From assembly GCA_013343275.1 (NCBI GenBank), contig CP046106.1:128001-192000 (forward strand): a stretch of DNA of 64,000 nucleotides. Reading direction: 5' to 3'. Each line of letters opens with the position of its first letter. Position 1 is the first letter of the stretch. The translations under genes and the position numbers were made by a program. This stretch comes from Candidatus Nanohaloarchaea archaeon. GTDB taxonomy: Archaea; Nanohalarchaeota; Nanosalinia; Nanosalinales; Nanosalinaceae. Under the pieces are notes generated by a model. That model made no database searches. It saw only the letters and a list, made by a program, of their open reading frames with translations, and was not told where the DNA came from. Positions 36,404 to 45,403 of this stretch are shown one piece after another.

Positions 36404-37777
36404 ATGAAGAAGGCCTTGCTGCTGATAATAACGATTTTCCTGATTTCTATAACAGCAGCTTTTCCGGCCTCTCTGAAAGTTGTGGACCGTACAGCTTCTC
36501 CCGACGAACCTGCAAACTTCCAGGTTGAGATAAAGAATAATTACAGCACCGAGCAGTCCTTCCGTGTCTCACCTCATGCAGGAAACCTTGACTGGTTCTT
36601 CAACGACGGCCCTATAACACTTGATCCTTCTGAAAACGGCACAATCAATATTACTGTAACTCCTTCCGTAAATTCCTATCCTCATAACTGGCAGTTCGAT
36701 CTACGGGTCTGGATGACAGGCACAAACCGCTTCGAAATGCTCTCCAGCTACTACCGTGTCGAGAGAAGAGCCGAGCTTGAGGTAGTATCTACAGGCCTAC
36801 AGAAGAAATTTGTGAAGCCAGGCCATGAAAATAGTTTGAATATAACTGTCAGAAATCTGGGAACTGAAAGCCTTGAGGACTACAGTTTTGTTCTTAGCTA
36901 CATGAACAGGGCTGTGGAGAGAGGAGGAGAAACTCTCCTACCGGGAACCGATCAGAGAATGCCTGGCCAGAAGACTTACAGCTTTAATCTTGAAGTACCA
37001 GAAGGCACTCCTCCTGGAAACATAACACCGGTCCTGAAGGTAGTTTACGACAACAAGACCAGGGTCTACAACTACTCATTCCATGTTGAGAAAGTAACCA
37101 ACGTTTTCCGATTACAGAACGGTACTGACGGTGCCTGGGGTTTTACTAAAGAGCTTTACGCTGAAAACAGAGGAAATACCAAGGTTAACGTTACTTTTGA
37201 TGAAACTGTACCTGTCTACGTAACTCCATTCGTAGCTTACAGCGCTGAACCAGATGAGGTAGTTCACAGCCAGAGCAAAGCAACATATGTCTGGAAATAC
37301 GCGCTTTCTCCTGGTGAGGAAGCTACTGTACAGTACAGCGTGAACTACTGGATGCCGGCACTGATTGTACTGCTTATAGTTGCTGGGCTTGTAGCTCTGA
37401 AACGTTTGGGCAGCACAGCTACTATTACAAAGACAGCGCGGAAAGAAGACGGGATGGTTAAAGTAGGTATCGAGGTAAAGAATAATTCGGACAGAGTACT
37501 CAGCGACCTGGCTGTCGTCGACTTCGTACCTGATATAGCCTCCGTCTCACAGAACTTCAACGTTGCAACGCCAGAAATCCATAGAACAGGTGAAGGAACA
37601 AAGCTTGAATGGCGTATAGATTCTTTAAGGCCTGGAGAGGAGAGAGTATACGAGTACAGGATAAAGCCTAAGGTAGAGGTTGAAGGAGGAGCGACTTTAC
37701 AGCCTGCGGAGATCAAAAAAGGAGAAGAAACCCTTGCCCTATCCTCAGAGCGCTCAGTCGAGTTCAGCCCCGAGTAA
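36404..37777 (+). CDS. Secreted/membrane Ig-repeat cell-surface protein
   Basis: Signal peptide, many NxT/S sequons, a TM helix near residue 320, C-terminal DUF11-like domain. Confidence 0.75.
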   Translation: MKKALLLIITIFLISITAAFPASLKVVDRTASPDEPANFQVEIKNNYSTEQSFRVSPHAGNLDWFFNDGPITLDPSENGTINITVTPSVNSYPHNWQFDLRVWMTGTNRFEMLSSYYRVERRAELEVVSTGLQKKFVKPGHENSLNITVRNLGTESLEDYSFVLSYMNRAVERGGETLLPGTDQRMPGQKTYSFNLEVPEGTPPGNITPVLKVVYDNKTRVYNYSFHVEKVTNVFRLQNGTDGAWGFTKELYAENRGNTKVNVTFDETVPVYVTPFVAYSAEPDEVVHSQSKATYVWKYALSPGEEATVQYSVNYWMPALIVLLIVAGLVALKRLGSTATITKTARKEDGMVKVGIEVKNNSDRVLSDLAVVDFVPDIASVSQNFNVATPEIHRTGEGTKLEWRIDSLRPGEERVYEYRIKPKVEVEGGATLQPAEIKKGEETLALSSERSVEFSPE

Positions 37778-37822
37778 CCCACTTAAAGATTCGGTTGGTT
37801 AAAACAGTATACGGTTCTCACA

Positions 37823-37838
37823 CCCGACTTAGCTCAGT
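37823..37838 (+). repeat. 16-nt copy of the tRNA-Tyr 5' end
   Basis: CCCGACTTAGCTCAGT identical to 37884-37899. Confidence 0.85.
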
Positions 37839-37883
37839 GCGAAGCTGGAAAAAGCTTCTTGAAAGAGACTAAGATAGAGAACT

Positions 37884-37957
37884 CCCGACTTAGCTCAGTC
37901 TGGCAGAGCGGTCGACTGTAGATCGACTTGTCCCAGGTTCAAATCCTGGAGTCGGGA
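37884..37957 (+). tRNA. tRNA-Tyr(GTA), no intron
   Basis: C1-G72 acceptor CCCGACT/AGTCGGG, anticodon arm GTCGA-CTGTAGA-TCGAC, T arm CCAGG-TTCAAAT-CCTGG. Confidence 0.96.
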
Positions 37958-37965
37958 CTACCTTT

Positions 37966-38348
37966 CTATATAATCTCTTCTACAGGATTTCTTAGCACAA
38001 TTTTACCTACTGCTGCACCAATTAGCGCTCCAGCAATGACGTCAAACAGGAAATGCACTCCGAGATAGAGTCTGGAGAAACAGATCAGTGTCGCCATTGT
38101 GTACAGATACGGCCTTAACCCAGGTTTCCTACCTGAGAGAATTACTGCTAGTGTCCAGGCAACTGCCGAATGACCTGAAGGGAAGGAAGATGTGGTTGTG
38201 GATACTAGATGTTCTGCCAATTCAGGCCTGCTACAAGTAGAGCTGCGACGGAGAACGACGCCAGAGAAGTTACATTAGTGAAAAACTGGTTTAGCAGCGG
38301 GCTTCTCATGGCCTGTATAAGACCGTATTCTCCGGCGGCGTAGATCAT
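37966..38348 (-). pseudogene. PAP2-family phosphatase, internally deleted and frameshifted
   Basis: 5' frame MIYAAG...NVTSLAS...LLVAGL stops at 38205; 3' frame RPE...SFPSGH...SRLYLGVHFLFDV; frames switch at AGGCCT 38224-38229. Confidence 0.75.
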
Positions 38349-38364
38349 AAGTCTTTTTCCTCTT

Positions 38365-39501
38365 CTAGAAAGTGTTTATCTGGTTCTCCACGCATTTCTT
38401 GGTTATTTCATCGATACTGTCGAGATGTCTCTGGATTATTTCCTGGAATTCTTCTTTCTCTGCGGGTGTTTCGACCTCGATCAGCTTCGGGTCGTCTATC
38501 GGAGCCCCTATCTGTGAGAGCATCTTCACCTGAGCGTATTCTCCGGTCTCTTCGTGTATGCTTTTCGCTATCTCACGTGACAGCAGGTTGTAGATCTTCC
38601 CGACGTGGGTAACAGGGTTTTTACCGGAGGCAGCCTCCATGCTCATCGATCTGTGCGGTGTTATCAGGCCGTTAACACGGTTTCCTCTGCCAACCGATCC
38701 ATCGTCACCCATCTCTGCCGAGGTCCCTGTAACAGTCATGTAGATCTCTTCCTCCTCTATATCATCGGCTGTATTGACATGTACTTCGGGATCCAGGCCG
38801 TTCTCACGCGCCTTTCTCTCGGCAACATCTCTCACGTTTTCGATATGGTTTCTGTAGTCATCCATGGAACCGGTTCGTGAGGAAATTGCTGGAGCTGCAA
38901 CAGTAAGAGTTATGCCCTCGCCCTGTCTCAAACCCATGACTTTCACGTCCTCTCCGCACTGATCAAGCTGTCTAACACCTTTCTCCACCTGCTTCACGGT
39001 TTTCTCTGCCGGTGAGAGAGGTGCGTGGCCTACGCCAAAGCTGGTGTCGTTCGACATTCTCTGTTCTCTCTCGTAGACTGCTGCCAGATCAGTAGACGTC
39101 TCTCCAATCCGGGACTTGAACTCTATTTGCGAAGGATCCAGGGCCTTGAAATTATCTTCAATATACTCTTTCGCGGCGTCCAGCGCTATCTTGTCGACGG
39201 GAATCTCTTCACCTTCAAACTGCTTCGTCGCACGGCCTGTCAACAGAATAAAGATAGGTTCTATAACTTCTCCACTATTGAACTCTGGATTGGACTCTCC
39301 AGCTACCAGCTGGGCCTCGTCTGTGTTGTGATGCAGTATGTGGCCGAATCTGTCTCTGTACTCTCTGGAGAGCTCGCGGGAGATCTTCTCGGCGATGCCG
39401 TCGCAGATGCTGTCTGGATGGCCAAGCCCTTTCCGCTCTACCAGTTCTACTTCTCTGTTTTTGACAGGGTCTGACTGTGTCTCGGTTCTTGAGATATTCA
39501 T
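38365..39501 (-). CDS. mat: Archaeal S-adenosylmethionine synthetase
   Basis: [42 protein letters not shown]. Confidence 0.96.
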   Translation of the reverse strand: MNISRTETQSDPVKNREVELVERKGLGHPDSICDGIAEKISRELSREYRDRFGHILHHNTDEAQLVAGESNPEFNSGEVIEPIFILLTGRATKQFEGEEIPVDKIALDAAKEYIEDNFKALDPSQIEFKSRIGETSTDLAAVYEREQRMSNDTSFGVGHAPLSPAEKTVKQVEKGVRQLDQCGEDVKVMGLRQGEGITLTVAAPAISSRTGSMDDYRNHIENVRDVAERKARENGLDPEVHVNTADDIEEEEIYMTVTGTSAEMGDDGSVGRGNRVNGLITPHRSMSMEAASGKNPVTHVGKIYNLLSREIAKSIHEETGEYAQVKMLSQIGAPIDDPKLIEVETPAEKEEFQEIIQRHLDSIDEITKKCVENQINTF

Positions 39502-39541
39502 GTTGAGTACTGGTCTCTGTGGTTTCAATAATCTAGTGGTC

Positions 39542-40177
39542 TCAGAGGTTTTCTTCACGGTATTCTTCAGGTAATTCAGGCCCTTCATCCTCTTCCTCGA
39601 AAGGCATGAACCGGACCGGAGAGTGATCTGTTATCTCGCCTTTCTCGTACTTCCGGAGAACCTGTCCGTGATCCACGTAGACCGGTGCAACGATGATTCC
39701 ATCCTCGGTAAGATGTCTGCGTGCCTCATCGAAAGAGTCGATAGCACAGGAGTACAGTATCCTGTCGAATTCACCTTCTACAGGATTGAAACCGTTTCCA
39801 TGGAGAATTTTTACGTTGTCGTAATCCAGTCTCTCACGGGAGTTCTCGATTACTTCCTCGATGATGTCTACTCCGATAACCTCTCCATCTGTCAACTCGG
39901 CAAGTAGAGCTACCTGGTACCCGGAACCGGAACCAATCTCAATCACTCGATCATTTTCCCCGACATCCAGCAACTCAGTGTTCTCCGCGATAACACTGGG
40001 CTGAGAAGTCACTGAACCGCCGGCTATCGGCAGAGGAGTATCAGCATAGGCCTTATCTTTATGCGGCTCAGGGACAAAATCCTTCCTGTCCACGTTCCTG
40101 AAGGCCTGCTCCACTCTATCCGACTCTATAATACCTCTTTCAACCAGACGGTCAACCATCTCATCGTTAGACTCCAT
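39542..40177 (-). CDS. pcm: Protein-L-isoaspartate O-methyltransferase
   Basis: AYADTPLPI, SQP, EIGSGSGYQ, VRFMP. Confidence 0.9.
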   Translation of the reverse strand: MESNDEMVDRLVERGIIESDRVEQAFRNVDRKDFVPEPHKDKAYADTPLPIAGGSVTSQPSVIAENTELLDVGENDRVIEIGSGSGYQVALLAELTDGEVIGVDIIEEVIENSRERLDYDNVKILHGNGFNPVEGEFDRILYSCAIDSFDEARRHLTEDGIIVAPVYVDHGQVLRKYEKGEITDHSPVRFMPFEEEDEGPELPEEYREENL

Positions 40178-40264
40178 AAAAGGCCTTATTCTGGGCCTAG
40201 AGTTTTCAGTTTTGTGACCGGGGATAGAACGCGGAGAAGTTAAGAAAAAAGGAAAGAGAGGATT

Positions 40265-40777
40265 CTATTCCAGCTTGCTGTCGATACTCTGAAGGAGCTT
40301 CCTTATCTCTTTCAGTTCCTGAAGCTGTTCGTCTGAGCCGGTTTCTTTCTTACCGGTGCTCTGGCCTTTCTCCTTTTTCAGGTGTCTGTTGATGATCTGT
40401 TCGACCTCTCGCGGGTTGTCGATGCTGTTGAAACGCATCTCGACTCCCTGACCTCCAGCAGTGGAGATTTCGATATTTCCGTAGTCGAAGTAGCTGCCGA
40501 GGACTCCCTGACTGAAGCTGATGTTCTGTACCTTGTCGAAACCGATCTTCTGCACGTTACGCGAGAGAACACCGGACTTCCTGTAAAGGCCTTGATCGGT
40601 AACCACGAAGTACGTGTTTTTGACGCTGTAGTAAGCGCCAACGATAATCGCAATACCGATAAGGAACGGAATCAGCGGAATACCGACGATAACAGCTGGC
40701 AAAATGCTTTTGATACGAGGCTGGCCCTGCCACAGAACCTCCTCATCATCGTCCAGATTAACCCAGTCAACTGACAT
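40265..40777 (-). CDS. Membrane protein with bacterial PH (bPH_2) domain
   Basis: TM hairpin; KVQNISFSQG...YGNIEISTAG. Confidence 0.82.
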   Translation of the reverse strand: MSVDWVNLDDDEEVLWQGQPRIKSILPAVIVGIPLIPFLIGIAIIVGAYYSVKNTYFVVTDQGLYRKSGVLSRNVQKIGFDKVQNISFSQGVLGSYFDYGNIEISTAGGQGVEMRFNSIDNPREVEQIINRHLKKEKGQSTGKKETGSDEQLQELKEIRKLLQSIDSKLE

Positions 40778-40820
40778 AACAGAAAAATATTCGAGAGAAA
40801 GAAAAATTAAACTAACGGCC

Positions 40821-41438
40821 TCACTCCTCTATAATACTGGAGGCCTTCTCAATCTCATACTCTACAATGCCGTGATTGGACCCTTCCATAATGTACTTCT
40901 CGATCTCTCCGTTCAACTCCTCTAAAACTTTCTCAGTGGCGTTAACTCTTTCAAGAGGGATGTGAGGATCGTTATCAGAACAGCCGATGAACACAGGGGT
41001 CTCTTCCAGGTCACCGCTGAAATCTCCGATCTCTTCTCCAATAAGGCCTCCGCTGAACAGGATCGCTCCGCCGTATCTGTCAGGATTCGATGCTGTATAC
41101 TCTGAGGCCAGGCAGGCTCCCTGAGAGAAACCAAGGAGATATACGTTGTCTTTTCCAACTTTTTCAGAGGCCTTCTCTACCAGCGTGTCTACTTTGCGCA
41201 GTGCGGAGTCCAGATGCGGTTGATTTTTCTCCCGTGGCTCAAGAAAGCTGTGGGGATACCAGGTCCTGCGAGAGGCCTGAGGAGCAAGATACGCTGCCTC
41301 AGGAAGCTGTTCGGAAAGCTGGATCATTCCTCCTGCGGAAGCGCCACGACCGTGAAGCATGATAACGGCCTTTTCCGCTTCCTTCAGATCAAGGCCTGCG
41401 GTCTGTACCGGTTGATCTTCGTGTATCTCTTCTGTCAC
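40821..41438 (-). CDS. Phospholipase/carboxylesterase (alpha/beta hydrolase)
   Basis: LHGRG, GFSQGA, D and H of the triad. Confidence 0.9.
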   Translation of the reverse strand: MTEEIHEDQPVQTAGLDLKEAEKAVIMLHGRGASAGGMIQLSEQLPEAAYLAPQASRRTWYPHSFLEPREKNQPHLDSALRKVDTLVEKASEKVGKDNVYLLGFSQGACLASEYTASNPDRYGGAILFSGGLIGEEIGDFSGDLEETPVFIGCSDNDPHIPLERVNATEKVLEELNGEIEKYIMEGSNHGIVEYEIEKASSIIEE

Positions 41439-42364
41439 TGGTTGATCTCCTCCTCTCTGAACTCTGGAAGGTTCTCTAGAATCTCCTCTCTACGATCCTG
41501 AAGCTCTTCAGGCAGCACGAAGTTTGTTCCGAGCTCCTCTACAGACTCATCTGCGGTATAGCCAGGCCCCATGGTGGAGAACTCGAAGAGAACTCCGGTA
41601 GGCATCCGGCAGTAGATCGAGGAGAAGTACTTCCTGCTGATAACTGGTGATGGCTGAAGGCCGATTCTCTGCAGTTGATCTCTCCATTTCTCGAGTTCTT
41701 GCTCGCTTTCTGCAGCTTTAAACGCGGTGTGGTGGACACTGCCTCGGCCCATCCTGCCGTGTTCAGAAGTCTCGATTATCTCAACTCCAGAACCATCTTC
41801 TGCCTCGTAGTAAGTATCTTCAAGGCCTTTAATCTCTTCCAGATCCATTATATCAAGTACTTTCTCCAAGTCCTCAGAGCTGTGGGCCTGTACTGTTACG
41901 TGGTGCATTCCACGGATCTGGTTTTCTTCTGGAACAGTGCTGTCGGGCCATGGCGTGTAGTCTTCGGTATCTTCCGGGATCAGTCGAAGTGAGAGGCCGT
42001 CAGGGTCTTCAAAACTTAGAGTTTCTTTCCCATGCCATTTTTCATTTTCAAAGTCGAGGCCTTCATCTTCCAGTCTATCTTTCCAGTAATCTACTGAGTT
42101 CTCGGGTATTCTGAGGCCTAGCTCTGTGATCATTCCGGCGCCGGGCTTTCCTTTTTGCTGGGCCATTCCGGGGAAGAATGTTACGCTGGTGCCGGGGGAG
42201 CCTTCTCTGTCGCCGTAGAATAGGTGGTACATCTCCGGTGCGTCGTGGTTGACAGTTTTCTTGACCATGCGGAGGCCTAGAGTGTTTACGTAGAACTTGG
42301 CGTTTTCTGTTGGGTCGCCTGCGATCGCTGTGAAATGGTGGAGGCCTTTAACTTCTGGTGTCAT
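41435..42364 (-). CDS. Ring-cleaving dioxygenase/glyoxalase (MhqO-like)
   Basis: GLHHFT, LGLRMVKKTVNHD, VHHTAF, RKYFSSIY, LFEFST. Confidence 0.9.
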   Translation of the reverse strand: MTPEVKGLHHFTAIAGDPTENAKFYVNTLGLRMVKKTVNHDAPEMYHLFYGDREGSPGTSVTFFPGMAQQKGKPGAGMITELGLRIPENSVDYWKDRLEDEGLDFENEKWHGKETLSFEDPDGLSLRLIPEDTEDYTPWPDSTVPEENQIRGMHHVTVQAHSSEDLEKVLDIMDLEEIKGLEDTYYEAEDGSGVEIIETSEHGRMGRGSVHHTAFKAAESEQELEKWRDQLQRIGLQPSPVISRKYFSSIYCRMPTGVLFEFSTMGPGYTADESVEELGTNFVLPEELQDRREEILENLPEFREEEINQ

Positions 42365-42424
42365 AATGTTATCTGGTTTGAAAACGAACCATTAAATAAA
42401 GTGAAGGGACACAGGTGTAACCAC

Positions 42425-42763
42425 ATGCAACAGGAAAACGCTGGGCCGTGCTCGATAGTCGAATCGTTCGACATGATTGGCTCGAAATGGAAACTGATAG
42501 TACTCAACGACCTGCAGGGCGGAGAGAAAAGGTTCAACCAGCTGAAGAGATCGACAGAGGCCTCCTCGAGGACGCTTTCACGTGTACTTCAGAACCTGAA
42601 GGGTGAAGGCCTTGTAGAGAAAAGAGTCGAAGATGGAAACCCGGTAGCAACTTTTTACTCGTTGACCGAGGCCGGAAAATCGCTGTGCCCGGTATTCGAA
42701 GAGATAGAGGACTGGGCTGATGAATGGCTGAACGAGGCAGAAATTAAAAATTCGGAGGCCTGA
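42425..42763 (+). CDS. HxlR-family transcriptional regulator
   Basis: PC..., IGSKWKLIVL, KRFNQL, YSLTEAG; divergent from the dioxygenase. Confidence 0.9.
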   Translation: MQQENAGPCSIVESFDMIGSKWKLIVLNDLQGGEKRFNQLKRSTEASSRTLSRVLQNLKGEGLVEKRVEDGNPVATFYSLTEAGKSLCPVFEEIEDWADEWLNEAEIKNSEA

Positions 42764-42772
42764 AACTTTTTC

Positions 42773-43339
42773 ATGAACTTCAAAGAAAAGTACTCAGATT
42801 TCTTCGAAACACTGCATCCGAACTACTGGGACGAGGACCGGTTCGTACCGGCGGTAGGCCCGGAAGACGCGGATGTAATGATGATAGGCGAGGCCCCGGG
42901 AGCGAACGAAGTGGAGGAAGGAGAGCCTTTCGTCGGAAGAGCTGGAGAACGACTCAATGATATACTTCACGATATCGATGTTGATCGGGACGAAATCTAT
43001 ATTACCAATCTGGTGAAGATCAGGCCTCCTGACAACCGCGATCCGAAAAGCGATGAGATCGAGGCCTGGGCACCGCTTCTCGAACAGGAAATCGAGAACG
43101 TCGAGCCGGATATAATCGTGACTCTGGGGAACTTCGCATCCAAGCACATGCTCGATACTTCCAAAGGAATCAGCAAGATTCACGGCCGGATATTCACACG
43201 TGAGGGCCAGAAAATCATGCCGGTATACCATCCGGCAGCAACACTGTACGACCGATCTAAAGGCCCGGAACTTGAGAAAGACCTGAGAAAGGCCTTTGGG
43301 AAAGAAGAGTCTGGTCAGAAGAAGTTCACTGATTTCTAG
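42773..43339 (+). CDS. udg: Uracil-DNA glycosylase family 4
   Basis: GEAPGANE, PFVGRAG, HPAA. Confidence 0.9.
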   Translation: MNFKEKYSDFFETLHPNYWDEDRFVPAVGPEDADVMMIGEAPGANEVEEGEPFVGRAGERLNDILHDIDVDRDEIYITNLVKIRPPDNRDPKSDEIEAWAPLLEQEIENVEPDIIVTLGNFASKHMLDTSKGISKIHGRIFTREGQKIMPVYHPAATLYDRSKGPELEKDLRKAFGKEESGQKKFTDF

Positions 43340-43378
43340 GCCGGAAAATACTTCAGACTTCCCACCTTAACTTTCACT

Positions 43379-43567
43379 ATGGTAGGGTCGCCTTATCAGG
43401 GCCGTGAAAGTATAGAGAAACTTGTCCAGGAGGAAGAGCTACCGGACCTGTCCGATTTCTCATACAGGGAAGGCCTAAGTGGCGATAGAGATATAATCTA
43501 TGAGGAAGACAGTATGAAGGCCTGGCTTTCGGCAGAGTACTCTCTCGATCTGTCGGAGGAGCTGTAG
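43379..43567 (+). CDS. Small hypothetical protein
   Basis: 62 aa acidic ORF; C-terminal AWLSAE...DL. Confidence 0.55.
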   Translation: MVGSPYQGRESIEKLVQEEELPDLSDFSYREGLSGDRDIIYEEDSMKAWLSAEYSLDLSEEL

Positions 43568-43609
43568 AGCCTTCTCCATTCTAAAAGTTTAGTAACCTAA
43601 AAATACTCT

Positions 43610-44476
43610 ATGAAGAAGTACAAACCTATAATCGATGACTGGGATGCCTTCAAGGCAGAATCAGACGAGCATCCGGTTAACGCTGTCAGAAAAAACCCGC
43701 TGAAGGCAAAGGAAGACTTCGAGGAGAAACTTGCTGAGAGATTTCAATATGAGAAAGCAGACTGGGCCGATGGAATCTACAGGCTCGATACGGAATCCCC
43801 GGGGAAAAGCCTTCTGCACTGGAGAGGAGAGTACTATGTACAGGAGGAATCCGCAGCCCTACCTATAGAAGTACTGGATCCAAAGCCCGGAGAAAAAGTA
43901 CTTGACATGTGCGCCGCACCTGGGGGAAAAACCACTCAGATAGCTGCAAAAATGAATAATAAAGGCCTTGTAGTAGCAAACGATGAATCCAGCCAGCGAA
44001 TGAAAAGCTTGCACGCCAACGTCTACAGGACAGGCTCAGCTATTGTAGACGCCACCAACTACGATGCCCGAAGGCTACCTGAGGAGAAATTCGACAGAAT
44101 ACTTGTCGATGCACCCTGTTCGGGTGAAGGAGATCGTTTCTACGAAACATTTACAGCTATCGATGAGCAGGACTCCCGTGACCTGGCCAAGCTACAGTTT
44201 CAGATACTGGAAAAGGCCTCACAGATGATCAGAGAAGGAGGAACGGTTGTCTATTCCACATGTACTATCAGCCCGATTGAAAACGAGGGAGTGGTACAGA
44301 GAGCTGTAGATGAGACAGAACTGGAACTTAAAGAGATCGAAACCAGTATACCGCACGTAGAAGGGGTAGACTCTTTCGAGGATCTTGATTACGATGCTGA
44401 TATGAGCAAATGCGTCCGCGTATATCCACATCACGTTAATTCAGGGGTGATCTTCGTTGCAAAACTTGAGAAGTAA
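43610..44476 (+). CDS. RsmB/NOL1/NOP2 RNA m5C methyltransferase
   Basis: DMCAAPGGKT, DAPCSG, YSTCT, ENE. Confidence 0.95.
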   Translation: MKKYKPIIDDWDAFKAESDEHPVNAVRKNPLKAKEDFEEKLAERFQYEKADWADGIYRLDTESPGKSLLHWRGEYYVQEESAALPIEVLDPKPGEKVLDMCAAPGGKTTQIAAKMNNKGLVVANDESSQRMKSLHANVYRTGSAIVDATNYDARRLPEEKFDRILVDAPCSGEGDRFYETFTAIDEQDSRDLAKLQFQILEKASQMIREGGTVVYSTCTISPIENEGVVQRAVDETELELKEIETSIPHVEGVDSFEDLDYDADMSKCVRVYPHHVNSGVIFVAKLEK

Positions 44477-44891
44477 AGGATACCGCTATCTGGAGGACAG
44501 GTTTGGAATAGAGGAAGGCGATCTTGAGAGCCTGGAGCTTGTAGAGCGGCATGATGATCTGTGGCTGGCCTCGGAAGAGGAAACAGGTTACGACGCCGAG
44601 ACTCGAGGGATAAGAGCGCTTCGGGATACCGGTATTGGCCTTAAACCCACGACTTATCTGTTGCAGCAGCTAGATGAGAAAATTGAGAAAAATATCGTTG
44701 ACCTGACGGACGAAGAGTTCAAGGATCTGCTGGCCAGGGAAAACATGATTGACAGAGAACTGAGTGAGGGAGGATACGTGGCCCTGAAATATGGTTCAAG
44801 GATCGTAGGCTGCGGTTTCTACAAGAACGAGAAGGTCTCCAGCAGGATTCCCAAAGGCCGCTCAAAAGAACTTCTGAAAGCGCTTTTCTAG
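44457..44891 (+). CDS. Methyltransferase-associated PUA/NIP7-like protein
   Basis: YLEDRFGI, GIRALR, KPTT, SRIPKGR; overlaps the m5C MTase gene; start uncertain. Confidence 0.7.
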   Translation: MQNLRSKGYRYLEDRFGIEEGDLESLELVERHDDLWLASEEETGYDAETRGIRALRDTGIGLKPTTYLLQQLDEKIEKNIVDLTDEEFKDLLARENMIDRELSEGGYVALKYGSRIVGCGFYKNEKVSSRIPKGRSKELLKALF

Positions 44892-45130
44892 TGTCCGTCG
44901 CCTGAACTATCGATTATAGCTTCCAGAATATAGACGACGAGTAACAGGCCTGTCAGCTGCGCTGCAATTATCTCAGGAGTGGTGGATATCTGGAGCAGGT
45001 TAGTGGAGCCGTAACCCTGGTTCTTCAGAAGCATAAAGTCGTAGCCAAGGACGGCAACTGTCATTATATCTACAACTGTAGATCCCTCAATCTTTTCCCG
45101 AAGACCTCCGCCACTACTACCGTAACTCAT
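44888..45130 (-). CDS. Small membrane protein
   Basis: 80 aa with two hydrophobic stretches. Confidence 0.55.
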   Translation of the reverse strand: MSYGSSGGGLREKIEGSTVVDIMTVAVLGYDFMLLKNQGYGSTNLLQISTTPEIIAAQLTGLLLVVYILEAIIDSSGDGH

Positions 45131-45194
45131 AGTTTCAGATTTCGAGGCCTGAAATAAATAAGCTACCTGTCTCTAACTCCAGGCCCTCTTTACC

Positions 45195-45203
45195 TATATA
45201 AAA
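45195..45203 (+). promoter_or_regulatory. TATA box of the 5S rRNA gene
   Basis: TATATAAAA about 25-30 nt upstream of the 5S start. Confidence 0.6.
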
Positions 45204-45226
45204 GTTACAGTCTGTATTTTTGCATA

Positions 45227-45339
45227 CTGGCGGCCATAGCGAGGGGGCAACACCCGTACCCATTCCGAACACGGAAGTAAAGTCCCTCAGCGATCGCATC
45301 AGTACTGCCTTTTCGGCGGAAGCGTGCGGACGCTGCCAG
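45227..45339 (+). rRNA. rrf: 5S rRNA (stand-alone)
   Basis: CTGGCGGC/GCTGCCAG helix I; CACCCGTACCCATTCCGAACACGGAAGTAAAG; AGTACT loop E. Confidence 0.93.
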
Positions 45340-45403
45340 ACTATTTTTACCTTTCGTTTCTCCGATCGAAAGAGTTAATTACTTCTTCTGTGAAGACACT
45401 GTC

